From: Ministeria vibrans ATCC 50519
Taxonomy: Eukaryota > Protista > Filasterea
DNA length: 64,000 bases
Direction: 5' to 3'
Assembly: GCA_943704425.1 (NCBI GenBank)
Contig: CALSCP010000945.1
Span: 220,057 to 284,056, forward strand
The position numbers and the translations under genes are program-made. Each line of letters starts with the position of its first letter. Position 1 is the stretch's first letter. The notes below the pieces were generated by a model. That model saw only the letters and a program-made list of their open reading frames with translations. It made no database searches and was not told the DNA's origin. Shown in pieces: positions 32,401 through 45,233 of this stretch.

Positions 32401-33698
32401 TTTTCATGAAGTGAATGATTCCGGTTTCTGAAGACATTAGAGTTGGAAGTTCGCTGTAAGGAATGCTTGGGCCAAACGAAAGCACACCCAACACACCAAT
32501 CTAAAACGAAAAGCAACCCAACATATGAATGAGAAAGAATGAAAGAAAGAAAAAAAAACAAAGTGATACAGAGAGAGAACCAAAGTAAGAGAAGCAAAGT
32601 GAGAGAAGCAAAGTGATAGATAAAGAAACAAAGTGATAGAGACAAAGTGATAGATAAAGAAACAAAGTGATAGAATGGGAGGCGTACAGTGACATAGAAG
32701 AAGGCAAGAAGGGCAAGCGACGATTGGACGGAGCGGAAGAAGGTGGGCGCAAGGTCGCGTCGGAAGCACAGGAACATGTACTGGATTTGACTGCACACAG
32801 CAGGATCAAAAGAGAGAGAAAATGTGTGTGAGTGTGAGGAAAGGGTGCAGTCAATGGGCGTGAATCGGGAGTATTGTGTGGGTACGGTTGGACAGCATAA
32901 GTGAGCACCAGAGTGGGCAGAACACTTGTGAGATTGTCGATGCGCCAGAGGGCAATGTCGTTCCAGGCATCTCTATTGGTAGGTGTGAGAGGGGGAGAGA
33001 GAAACGGGCGTGAGTGAGTGTGTGAAAGAGAGAAGCGAGCAAACCTGTTTTCAAATGCGAGGACGGTGAGAATGCCCAGGAAGGCGGCAAGCAGAACGAA
33101 GATGGTGTAGCAGGCGGGCAAGAGACTTCGCAAGAGTCCCGACGGTGGTCTGTAGGCAACAAAGGCGGTTGCGGCCGGGGTAAGGAGCAGACCGGTGATC
33201 ATGATGGTGTGGGACTGACTGAGAGAGGCGCTGATTTCAACGAGCGTGTGAGTTTGGGCGGTCAGCATGGAAGGGGCTCACCTGGCGCTGTGCTCTCGAG
33301 CAATGTGGGGTGCCAGCTGACCAAAGAAGGTGATCGACGAGACGAGCAGGCTGAAGAGCGTCAGAAGCGCCGCCAGTTCGGTGGAGAAGCGAGCGCCTAA
33401 GGTAGCGGCACATCATGAGAATGATGCGGGTTTCCCAGTGGGCAGTGGCGTACCTTCGCGCGGCACAAGCACGCTATCGGTGCGTGATATACAGTAAGAA
33501 GACAGCCAGAAGTAGCCGAGGACCAAAAGCGGGCCTGTGGAGCAACGCAGCAGCCGGGATGAGGCAGACGGCGGTCTTGCATTGCGACATACCGCCAATC
33601 AGCCCAACCTGGTCCATGATCCACGGCATGGACGCCGCCGCGTTCATGTGGAGACACCCCAACGTTACAAGCGTTGTGATCTCCGGCGATGCCGACAT
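29447..33698 (-). CDS. Fusion: Aa_trans/SLC38-like multi-pass transporter, Pro-rich linker, and APH/choline-kinase-like phosphotransferase
   Basis: Phase-compatible GT-AG exons traced from ATG 33698 through MPWIMDQVGLIGG, VLPTLVLTYAVQP, FYVTIGVLGVLSFG and LASLPLIV to LVHRDLHAQNVLL...VIDFEEAAIADP. The last few exons before the stop at 29447 were read but not phase-checked. Confidence 0.7.
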
Positions 33699-33827
33699 AC
33701 CGCCTCAGATGATGTTGTGCGGTTGCACAAATGAAAACACAGATGAATGAAAAAAAGCTGATTATTTTTGATTTTTCAATTAGTTACGCTGATCAGAATA
33801 AATTTCCAAAAAGCAATTTAAAGAAAA

Positions 33828-36571
33828 ATGGCTGCGGCAGCACAACGAGCTGCTATGAAGCTGTTGCAAACAGCCAGTGGGCTTGTGCCGAAAGCGAGAA
33901 TGGCGGCAGAGAGCACGATTGACCTGGCCAAGGCGGCCAAGGCCAAGGCAGCGCCCCACGTCCACTGGTTCATGCAGCACGCCCCCAAGGAGCTTGGGCC
34001 CCCTTCCCTCGCCAAGTGGGTACGTCTCCATCGTCTTCTCGCTTCTTCACGCCATTTCCTTTCTTTTTTTTTTTTTTTTTTTTTTCCCCTATTTCGTCTC
34101 CACGTCGACATAGGCAAAGGCGAGTGTCTGTTGCGCGCGACGTTGGGCTCACGCAAGTTGAGCACACTGATTGGACCCCGCGACATTACCAAATTTCAGA
34201 TTTCATATGGCAATGTGATTAAGGTGAGAGAGTGTGTGTTGTGTTGTGTGTGTGTTACTGTACAACATGACTGGCTGGGTGCTGAAACATCGTGACAGGC
34301 ACACATTGATGCTTTGAAGAAGAAGGAGAGGCGGCCACGCGGAACGGTCGAGTGATAGTGCACAGTGTGTGGTAAAGTAGGTTTATGTATATTACAAGAC
34401 AAATTGTCATGCTTAAGGAGACGGCGGGTTGAAAAGAAAGTCCTTCTTTGGTGGCAGAGATGCGTGTCGAGCGTCGCGACGCGCACGGTACTGGGCAATG
34501 ACACGCTCACGGTCGTTGGCCAACATTGCTGCTTGGGCTGCTGTTCGATTGCGGTCGAGGGTGGCACGCGCAGCTTTCTGTTGCGCGAGCATTGCGCTGG
34601 CACGACTGCTTGTGTGCGCCGTGCTCTGTTGCTTTTTCTTCGCTGCTGCCGCCACAGGATCCGCAACGCCACCACCACTGCCAGCTGCAAGTTTCTGTTG
34701 AGCAAGCATGGAGCCGGCAATGCGGGACGCCTGAGTGGCCTGAGCTGTGCGAGGCACGGCAGTGATCTTGGGCGGTGCGGTCATTCGGTCACCAAAGCGC
34801 GCTGGAGCCTGTGAAAGTCGTTCGAGAACCTTGTCTTCGGCCTTTTCCGCTCGTCGTGCTTGTGCACGTTGTTCTCGATCCTCTTGGCGCTCCTTGAGTG
34901 TCCTATAATGCAATTGTTTTTTTTTTTGTTTTGTCAACAGCCTGAGTGCGTACTGTGAACGACGTTTGCGTCTCTTGGACACTTTGGTCATTTTGTCAAG
35001 AAGAGAATCTCGCATGGCCTCATCAACGCGCCAGTTGAACGATGAGAGGGACTCGCCCTCCTCGAGAGTGGGCTATGCAGCCGCAAGCAAGCACGAGCAG
35101 TGGTTAGGAGGGCGCAGTGCTTCGAATGCGTCTCAGCGTACCATCACAACCGCTTTCGACGCCGCCTGCTCCGGCTTCTGTTTCTTGGCTTTGGACGATG
35201 ACTCGCCGTCGTCTACACAGTCCCTTGAGCAACGGCACGCCCCACAACACTTCTTTTTTTTTTTTTTTCCGTTCAACCTTCGCGTGCACGCACTCGTTTG
35301 CCGCTCATCGCCGCTTTCAGGTCTTTGAGCTTCCTGGGCGTGTCGGATTTCTTTAGGGCCGCCTCTGACGGAGCCTATGGAAGAGCAGAGAGCGCAGGAA
35401 ATGGCGTGAGAGGCGGACAATGACCACAGCGCCAGTGTGAAGTGTTACGCGTGCAACTTCCTCATCGGGTATCTCCTTTGGCTTGTTCTTGTTGAACGGA
35501 TCGATAGCACGAAGTTTCCGAAATCGTGCAACTCGGCCCATTCTGTATGCAGTCCCGTCAAATAAATTAATGATAACAGATAAATGAATAAATAATTCAA
35601 AATCGAGAGCTGACTGAGCTGGACTCAATGAAAATCTATTCAAGTAAAGCTTGTTAACTGTAATCTGACTAAGAAGAGTGTTGATACTCCACTAGACACT
35701 GTACTCGATGGCATTGCACTCACTAGGCAGTAGACATGACAAAAATACAAAAGGCAGATATGACATAACAACACATAAAAATACATTATGCTGATAAGAC
35801 ATAACAACACTCCCTGGGTATTCTGAAAGAAAGTTGGTTTATTGTGGAGGCAACGAATAAACCACAACGTCGGGGCCAGTGACTTGAATTGTGTGCAAGA
35901 GAGAGTCGTCGGCAGAGAGAAAATCAACACGACCAGCGGCAAAGTAACGCGAGCCGGTGGAGGAGACGAGCGAGAAGGCGGAGGAGACATCGACTTCAAT
36001 GGTGGAGATGAGACGAGACTGCTGGGCGGGCACATGTGTGCGAGAGAAGGCACAGAGAGAGCGCAGTGGAGTGACACTGGAGAAGGTGGATTTGACAGTG
36101 GTAGTGCGTTTGGCAAAGGTCAGGAGAGTATAGTCGGAGGCGATGGTGCTGTGGGTGTTGTTGAGCCTCACGGCGAAGGAGAGACAGGCAAGGGAGCGAG
36201 AGGGCGAGGCAAACGCACTTGCAAGAACCGCTGTCGTGACAGTGGTGCACGACGGACGACGCTCATAGGTGGCCGTAAAAGGAGCATACCTAAACGTCAA
36301 GAAGCGCATAAGTGCACAAAAGATGGTGGAGAAACATACGTGAGGCCGTGGCCAAAGGGAAACACCGGCTTGCCCGTGTAGTAGCGGTATGTGCGACCCG
36401 GAGGTTTAGTGAACGACATGTCAAACATGGACATCTCGTTGACATACGCCGCTGGATACATCTAAAATATAGATATAATATTATAATATGTATAGTTATT
36501 ATAAAATATAAATATAATTATATATAGAGAGGTGGGAGCAACGAAGGAGAAAAGCGTGAGAACACACAACA

Positions 36572-36661
<90 letters not shown>

Positions 36662-37704
36662 TATTTAGCGTACGGTGACGGGAAGACGCCCGGCCGGCGC
36701 ACTGTCGCCGAAAAGGGTGCTGACAATAGCCGAGCCGCCACTCTGGCCTGGATAGCCCACCCATAGGACCGCAAAGCGTTGCTCTTTCTTAATTCGCGTC
36801 AGATCAACCATTCCTCCTCCAAATACAATCATCACAACGCGCTTGTGCGTGTCCAGCACCGTCAGATCGCGCACCAGCTCAATCATCTCCCACTGTGCTT
36901 CGGGCAGTTCCAGCGACGTGCGGTCGTGGCCCTCGGACTCGAGTGACTCGTCCAATCCCACTGCAAGCACAATAAGATCGTGACTGCTCGCAACCACTCG
37001 TGTAATCTCCGCCCGCTCCACATCGCTCAGACGTGTTCCGCCCACTGTACATCCTTGCGTGTGCTCCACGGAGACGCCCTCCAGACTGTCAAGAGCCATC
37101 AGTGGCGTCTCAACGCTCTCCGGCAGTCCAAAGTAGTTTCCAAGCAGCACATTTTTGCTGTTGCCATTGGGGCCAATAAGCCCGACCGATTTCACCGACG
37201 CACGTGACACCGGCAGAGTGCCCTGGGCATTCTGCAGCAAAACAAAGGTCGCCTGGGCGGCACGCAGCGCGAGGGCTTTGTGCGCAGGGCTGTTTGCGGC
37301 ACTGGGTGGTATCTGTGCGTACTGCTGGTGCGCAGGCGCGTCAAACAGCCCCAGTTGCATGCGTGCAGAGAACAGCCGCTCAAGCGAACGATCCACAACA
37401 GCCTCACTCACATCGCCCTGCAGCCAAGAAAAAAAAAAAGAATACCCCCGCCCCCCGCTCAAAGTGAGTGCGGTTGTGCCGTTGAAGTGATGTGTGCGTG
37501 AGTGATTACTTGGCGCACAGCCGTCTGCGTGTGTAGGGGCATGACAAACCCACAGTCGACGTCACAGCCGCCTTTGAGTGCCGCTGCTGCTGCCAGTGGG
37601 AACGACGTCGTGTAGTTGTGTGTCTTGGCAATGTCCCAGATAGCACCACAGTCAGACGAGACAAAACCTTTTTTTTGGTGGTTTAGTAAGTCATACTGTC
37701 TGCG

Positions 37705-37763
<59 letters not shown>

Positions 37764-38326
37764 NNNNNNNNNNTTTTTTTTTTTTTGCTTTCTCGCTCTT
37801 GCTCATTTCGTATCTGTCTCTCTTGTCTGTCTCGATCATTGCAGGGTGCGGCACAGAACGAAGGAAGAGCTGTTGTAAAGACGATCACGACGGGAAGGAT
37901 CTTTTCCATGCCAGTCAGAGATGTAAGTGGCCCGTCGGGTTTGCCCCTCTGCTGTTGTCACCCGGCGAGTGTCTCGCGTCCACTCGCACGCTTGTGGTTG
38001 TAATCCCCACTCCTTATCTTTTTGTGGTCTTTCTTTTTTGTGACAATGGGTGTGCGAAAACGTATTGTTATCACTTTGTTGTTATGTGTTTTGTGCATTG
38101 TGATACACACGCCAGACTCACTCAACCTTCCCTATTCCCCTCCCTTCCTCCCCCTCACTCACTCACATTCTCTCTCTCTCCTTCTCCTTCTCTTTCTTTC
38201 TCTCTTGCTCTCTCTGTGTATGTTCAGGTTGCTGGCGGAGCACTTGTTGCGTTTGAGGTCATGTGCTGGTTCTACGTTGGAGAGATTATTGGCCGAGGGA
38301 ACCTGGTTGGCTACAAGACACATTAG
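33828..38326 (+). CDS. ATP5MG: Mitochondrial ATP synthase subunit g; exons 33828-34019, 37845-37922, 38228-38326 (interrupted by a 3.7-kb block)
   Basis: Phase-0 joins give ...KELGPPSLAKW-GAAQNEGRAVVKTITTGRIFSMPVRD-VAGGALVAFEVMCWFYVGEIIGRGNLVGY, which is the subunit g signature. Confidence 0.85.
34114..34355 (+). CDS. SRP14: Signal recognition particle 14 kDa subunit, 3' half only (exons 34114-34223, 34299-34355)
   Basis: GECLLRATLGSRKLSTLIGPRDITKFQISYGNVIK-AHIDALKKKE matches the SRP14 C-terminal pattern CLLRAT.G.KKIST.V...KFQ..Y.N....D.LKK. No 5' exon found. Confidence 0.8.
34413..35541 (-). CDS. CCDC137: CCDC137-like nucleolar coiled-coil protein, multi-exon
   Basis: GESLSSFNWRV, RFGDRMTAPPKIT and DRERVIAQYR motifs in a basic, charged protein. 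Confidence 0.65.
35839..37667 (-). CDS. GH3 beta-xylosidase-like glycoside hydrolase, 5' part missing at the gap
   Basis: GFVSSDCGAI (GH3 nucleophile motif), ESEGHDRTSLELP, WVGYPGQSGG, PAGRLPVT, PGRTYRYYTG..FPFGHGL. Confidence 0.9.
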
Positions 38327-38794
38327 AGTAAAAGGATCTGTGACGAAGTAGTCTTTGTAAAAACAAAAACGAATCAAACATCTATCAAAGAGAACGACGG
38401 TCTTTCCCAGTTCAGCAAACTCGAGGCGTTTTCCTTCATTTGAGATATCTGGCTTGTGATCGAAGAACTGTGCTGGCGAGCTGAAGAGAAAACGGAACCG
38501 ATTTGCCACTTGTTGTTAAGAATCCCTTGAGCAAGGATGATATTACTGTGTTGTTCAATGTTGTTTACTTCTATAATCTATTCAGTTTTCTACATTAAAT
38601 ATTTTAATAATTATTAATAATATAATTGCCAACCTGTCTCTGTTTTCTCTCGACGCTTCTGTAGCTTAGAAAGTGGTTCTGAGCTGTTTGTGTTGTCGCT
38701 TTTCGTTTGTGATTGATAATAAATTGGAAATGTCTTGTTCGTCTTTTTAATATTATAATAATTATATTTTTTTGCAATCTTCTTCTGCTTTGTC

Positions 38795-39007
38795 ATGTCG
38801 AACACCATTGGACTGGTTGGCTTGGCCGTGATGGGCCAGAACCTTGCGCTGAACATTGCCGAGAAGGGCTTTAAGATTGGTGTTTACAACCGCACTCTGT
38901 CCAAGGTCGACGACGCTGTGCGCCGCGCCGCCGACGAGGGCAACCTGCCTTTGACGGGCTACCAGGACATGGCCTCATTTGTCGCGGTACGTCGTCGACA
39001 TGTCTTC

Positions 39008-39051
<44 letters not shown>

Positions 39052-40155
39052 TCGCCAAAATATACAATCACGCCACTTTTGAGCACATATAAAATAATCA
39101 TGATATGTAATGAGATGGCATGCGTCATCCTTGTGCCAAAGTGAGCGCACCACGGCGAATGGCCTCTGGCCGTGGGCGCCTGACTCCATCCCTTGAGCTG
39201 CTTCCGGCCCTGGCCACACGCTGTTGAGCCATCGCTGGTGTTGTGGCGCATTGTGTTGACTGACTGTGTGTTTCTTTCTGTGTGTGTGTGTGTGCAGTCT
39301 CTGGAGAAGCCGCGACGTGTGATCATTCTGGTGAAGGCCGGCAAGCCTGTTGACCAAACAATCGATGCGTTGCTGGAGCACATGGAGGCGGGCGACGTGA
39401 TTATCGACGGCGGCAACGAGTGGTTTGAGAACACGGTGGGGCGTGCCGAGCGGGTTGCGGCGCAGGGCATTCGCTACATGGGAATGGGCGTCAGCGGCGG
39501 CGAGGAGGGCGCCCGCAACGGCCCGAGCCTCATGCCGGGCGGCGACAAGGAAGCATTTGACCTGGTTGAGCCAGTCCTCAAAAAGGTAAACGCATCATCG
39601 GTGTTGAGTCTTGTTCGTTTTGAATGTTTGTGATAGATTGCAGCGCAAGTGAACGACGGACCGTGTGTGACGTACATTGGGTCGGGGGGTGCAGGCAACT
39701 ACGTGAAGATGGTGCACAACGGCATTGAGTACGGCGACATGCAGCTCATTGCCGAGTCGTACGACATTCTCAAGCAGGTGCGACACCATCATCTACTTCA
39801 TCATGATTCAAACAATGTGTGTGTGTGTGTGTGCGTGCATTGTGAATATTTTAGGTGGGTCATTTGAGCAACGAGGAGCTGCATGAAGTGTTCAACGAGT
39901 GGAACAAAGGAGAAATGGAGTCGTTCCTGATTGAGATTACAGCGCAAATCTTTGCCAAGCGGGATCCGCTGGCGCCCAGCGAGTATCTGGTGGATAAGGT
40001 GCTGGACAAGACGGGAATGAAGGGCACGGGCAAGTGGACGGTGAAGGAGGCTGCTGAGCAGGCGGTTCCCGCGGCGACCATCAGTGCTGCTCTTGACGCA
40101 CGTTATCTCAGTGGTCTCAAGGCGGAACGCGTTGCAGCTGAGAAGGTGACACTCA

Positions 40156-40206
<51 letters not shown>

Positions 40207-40910
40207 TATCTGTCTGTCTGACACTTTTTTTCTCCCTCTTCCTCTCTCTCTCTTTGTGTGTGTTAGCTGTTCACTTTTGAGGCTCCTTCCGGTCCTGTTG
40301 ACAAGAAGCAGCTGATTGACTCCGTCCGAAAGGCTCTTTATGCCTCAAAAATATGCTCATACGCTCAGGTACTACAATTGGTTCAAAACGAATGGGTGAC
40401 TCACCGTTTTGAATTGAAAGGGGATGAACATTATCCGTCTTGCAAGTGAGGCATTTGGCTGGTCACTCAATCTGGGCGAAATTGCGCGCATTTGGAAAGG
40501 TACGCCAAGTGACAGCGAGAGAGCCCTCGAGTATAAATTATAAATAATATGACTGTGTGTGTGTGTGTGTGTTGTCCTTAGGCGGATGTATCATTCGCGC
40601 TGTGTTCCTGGACCGCATTAAGGCAGCCTACGATCGCAATGCGCAGCTGCCGTCGCTGCTGGTTGACGCCGAGTTTGCCGCTGAGCTGCAGTCGCGCCAG
40701 TCCGCCTGGCGTCATGTCGTCACGTTGGCCGTGTCCCATGGCATTGCTGTGCCTGCCTTTAGTGGCTCTCTGGCCTACTTTGACAGCTACCGCCGTGCTC
40801 GTCTGCCCGCCAATCTTGTGCAGGCCCAGCGCGACTTCTTTGGCGCACACACTTTTGAACGCACTGACAAGGAGGGTGCTTTCCACGAGGACTGGGCAAC
40901 GCCCCAATGA
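38795..40910 (+). CDS. PGD: 6-phosphogluconate dehydrogenase (decarboxylating), multi-exon
   Basis: [69 protein letters not shown]. Confidence 0.97.
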
Positions 40911-41156
40911 CTAGCCTCGTCTCTCTAATGAAAAACCTTTATCGAGAAGTGATAAGAGCACATTCAAGTTGAAGTCACTCCGGACTCTACAGTTTGAAGT
41001 CTGAACAGACTTTCGGCACTCTTTCATCTTTGACTGATTGACCAGTCACTCACCTCAGTGACCTCACAGTGATCACACAGACACACACTTGTTTACTTTT
41101 CTTTCTGCACCTGCTGCACCCCTCCTGCTATCTCATCCTCCGCCGCAAGGGCGCAC

Positions 41157-44101
41157 ATGGCAATGGTGCTTCAATTGGTCGGAGTTGGATTGCTCGCGGT
41201 CGTGTTCTTGACCGGCATCTTTTTCAAGCGTGGAGACGACGCGACGACGCTCCTTGGCATTGACGGGTGCCACATTGGCGACAAAGGATGCCGACCACCG
41301 ATTGATCTGGGGCCCACACGGGAAACAGCGCGTACGAGGTTTTTTTTTTATGAGTTGAATGATGATTGCGCACGCACAGCCAATTGCGCTTTCTGCGCTG
41401 CTCAGCTTGCTCTGGCGGGTCCACCTTTAGCACGCCATTGCACTCGCAGGCATGTGCACGTGGTGCGGGGCTTGACGGCGGCGCGCAACTCACCCAATCT
41501 CTCTTATCTAGTGAGTGCGTCGCAACTGGCCACCTTCCTCTCGTGGCTCCTTCTCGTCGCCTGGTTTGCTCTTGCCAAGGCCGTCCCCTCCCGCAATACC
41601 ACACGCACGAAAGCCAGCGGCCCCGCCGACGACTCCAACAAGGGAAAGGAATCATTGGGCGAGGGGAGCGACATTGAGCAGGCTGTGCATCACACGGTGG
41701 AGCGCACGCACTGGCTCTCCCTCTCGCCTGAGGCGACCAAGGCCCTCCACGCCGCTGTTCTCTTTGGTGCCATTTTGATGTACTTTTTCTTATGCGACGT
41801 CTACGAAGCACTGGGCCCCGGTAAGAGCAAAGGAGGGCCGACCGAGACTCAAGACTCTACTTACTCCCCCCCCTTTTTTGGCACAGGAGGAAAAAAGTCA
41901 TACAATCGTGACATTTACGCTTTTATTCTCATTGTCATTCTTCTTCACGCCTTTTCCACATTTGAAGCTCTCAAAGACGACACAGTAACACCTAAAATGA
42001 ATTCTATTTGTGTCACGTTAATGTACTGTTTCGTTAGCTCATGAACCGCCATCAAACGGAAGAATGGAAAGGGTGGATGCAAATTATCTTTGTGCTCTAT
42101 CACTATTTTGCCGCAGGGTATATATAAAACACAAACACTCTGAGCCATTCTTATTGAGTTTCTCAATTGGATTCACTCGCACTGCATCACTCTACTCACT
42201 CTCTGTCTGTGTGTCTCTCCGTGACAGCGAAACATACAATTCGATCCGTATTTACATTGCCGCTTATGTGTTTCTCACTGGCTTCGGTACCTTTTTCTTT
42301 CCTTGTTTTACTGTCATTCAAACTGAGCTGTATATATGTGTGTATATTTATAGGGAATTTCAGTTTCTTTTGGATCAAAAAGGACTATTCATTGTACAGA
42401 GTGTCAAAAATGCTTTTTCGGCTCAACTTTATGGTCAGAGAACTACAACACACATGAAGTGCTGAGTATGCTTATAAATACAACAATATCACATAGGTTG
42501 TATTTGTGTGTCTGGTGACAGGCAATTCGTACATGCTCTACTACATCTGCCCAATGCACACCTTCTTCTTCCTCTCTTGTAAGTTCAATGTGACTGTGTT
42601 TTTTTTAACCTTCTTTTTTCTCTTTATCACGACTTGTATAAATTGTGAGTGTGTAGTGTGAGTATGTGTGTGAATTGTGAGTTTTTGAGAAGAATGTGGT
42701 GTACGAGTGCTTTCCTTCGTTCTGCTTCTCTTGGGTGTAGTCCATATGTGACTGCACTCTAGTGATATTATTGTATTGTTTGTATTGTGCATGAGTGAAA
42801 GTGAGTTAGCGAGAGGCGTATAGTGTATTTCTCTCTCTGTTTGTCGATAGAGTGAGAGTTGTGTGTGTACATGTGTGTATTTACTTCCTATTCTTTTCTT
42901 GGCTGTCTCTTCAAAAACCTTTGTGTTGACTTTTTCTCTTTTGCCTTTTCCCCATCTTTGTTTTTGTTTAGGTTATCTATTTATGCGAATTGGATCGAGT
43001 TGGAACACAATTCCCTACAAAATGGCCATCAAGTTCGCAGTTTACTTTCTACTCTCGTTCCTCATTTGGGACATAAAAGGTACACATAACAAGTAAATGA
43101 GTGATAGAGCTGAATGGAAAGTGATATTTCATAGGAGTGGGAGAGATTGTGTTTGTACCATTGTATTCAATCGTACGGTACCAACAGCAAATGCACGAGT
43201 GGCTGTTCCGGACGGGTCTGGACCACTTTGCAACCCCCGTTGGAATGCTCGTGGCCTACTTCCATCCCAACTTGAGTGCCCTCCTTGCGCGTGCAGAGGT
43301 AGCAGCTGAGCAAGATCTCCTCATCCCCCCCCCCCCCCCCNNNNNNNNNNGGATTCCGCGGAACGTACCTCCGGTGGTAAAGATCTGCGTCCGGCGCTGA
43401 AAATTGTTGATGCTCAGGGCATCACCTTAAATCAAACCTTCACCCTAACGACTACAACACTTTTTTTTATATCATTTTGTAGAATCACCCTCGAGGCACT
43501 CTGTTCAAGTCGCTCGTCGCAGTTCCCGTCGCACTTACATTTGCTCTCTGGGCCTACTACGTTCACTCACTTCCCAAATGGGACTACAACGCCCTCCATC
43601 CGTACCTCTCGTGGATTCCTCTTCTCTCCTATATCTTCTTCCGCAACATCTCTAAATCCGCTCGTGGCTACGCAAGTGCCTTTCTTGTCTGGTGCGGAAA
43701 GGTACAAATTATATATAAATAGACAGGACAGGGTAGATCCTTCTCATTACAACTTTTATAGATTACCCTTGAGACCTATTTGGCACAGCTACACATTTGG
43801 CTGCAGAGCAATGCCAAGGCACTTCTAATCTACATTCCAAACTATCCTCTTGTCAATTTCACCATTGCCAGTGTCATTTACTTTGGTCTGTCATACTACT
43901 GCTTCCTCTTTACCAACACAATTAGTGCTTGGTTCCTTCCTTCGTACGACCGCATGCGATTCTCATACATTGTGATAAGAGATGTGGTGTTTTGTTGTGT
44001 TTAGGAGAGATCGATTAGGCGAAAGCGCGCGCAAGGGAGCCAAGTTGGTCGGCGTCTGGTTGCTGCTCCTGGTCGTGTCGTACGCTATTCTGGCTGTGTA
44101 G
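41157..44101 (+). CDS. Cas1_AcylT / RWA-type multi-pass O-acetyltransferase (10-N gap at 43341-43350 inside)
   Basis: NRHQTEEWKGWMQ, LYHYF, AAYVFLTGFGNF, YYICPMHT, HEWLFRTGLD, HPYLSWIP, GKITLETY. Confidence 0.9.
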
Positions 44102-44286
44102 ATAATCTGACTATCTCGCCCTGACATGAGTGTTTAACCACGTCATTATAATAAAAATACGTCTTATAATACCTTATTAATTTATTATAATAATTATTTT
44201 TATTGTCTTATTTTTTGTATTATTATGACGTACTTATAATGAAGTTCAAAGTAAGTCGAAATTAACTTTTCTTTTTCACTTTTCCT

Positions 44287-45139
44287 ATGAGCCAAATTGA
44301 TCAACTCCGTGCATCGTTGGCTTCGAGCAAGACTCTCCGGATATTCTTGTCGTCGCCCTTTGGTGGGATTGAGAGGGAGCGAGAACGTCTGACGGATTTT
44401 TACGCTCCTCAACTGCGCAAGATCTGCGAAGAAAAGGGAATCATGCTACGATTTGTTGATCTACGCTGGGGTGTAACCGAGCAACAAGCACAGCAGAACC
44501 AAACTATCAATGTTTGTTTGGAGCATATCACAAAATCATCAGTGAGTTTTCTCTCACTCACTCTCACTCACTCTCTCTCACTCTCTCACTCACTCTCCTC
44601 CTTCCCCCCCCTAGATATTCATTGGCATCTACGGACGACGCTATGGATCGACGGACACGGGCGTCGAAGCGACGCACTGGGTGACCGAATGCATTGACGC
44701 TGCTCTGCCTGCGCATCCATGGATTGAGCGCCACCGCAACAAGTCCATCACCGAGCTAGAGTATGCCACTCACTCAACTACTGCGCATGTCTAATCCGCT
44801 TGCTTCAGATTCCGACATGGCACTTTGAACGACCCGACACAGCGCGTCTCGCTGTTCTTCTTCCGTGACCCCACCTACGACTGTGAGCGCGAAGCGTCGT
44901 TTCGCGCCGCTGGCAACGAACACGAAGCACGCAAATACGTAGATGACCACCCGGAGTTTTTGACGGCCTTGAAGGACGAGGTGCGCTCGCTGAATCGTGA
45001 CCAGGCCGTCCATCTCACCGACAGCTATGCAACGCCCGAGGACGGTGCCCGGGCAATCTACGAGAAATTAAAGGATCTCATCGACAGACTACTGCCCGGC
45101 GACCCCGCTACGGAGAGCGTACGACACAGGATGGCACCT

Positions 45140-45233
<94 letters not shown>

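Noticed and set aside
33828-34355. ATP synthase g-SRP14 fusion (ORF 33828-34295 reads through both)
   Set aside because: The read-through crosses an intron with a poly-T run, the splice phases are incompatible, and the true subunit g exons lie at 37845-38326.
35839-44101. Glycan-modification cluster (GH3 xylosidase, 6PGD, RWA)
   Set aside because: The GH3 gene lies in the probably misplaced block, so its adjacency to the others is unreliable.
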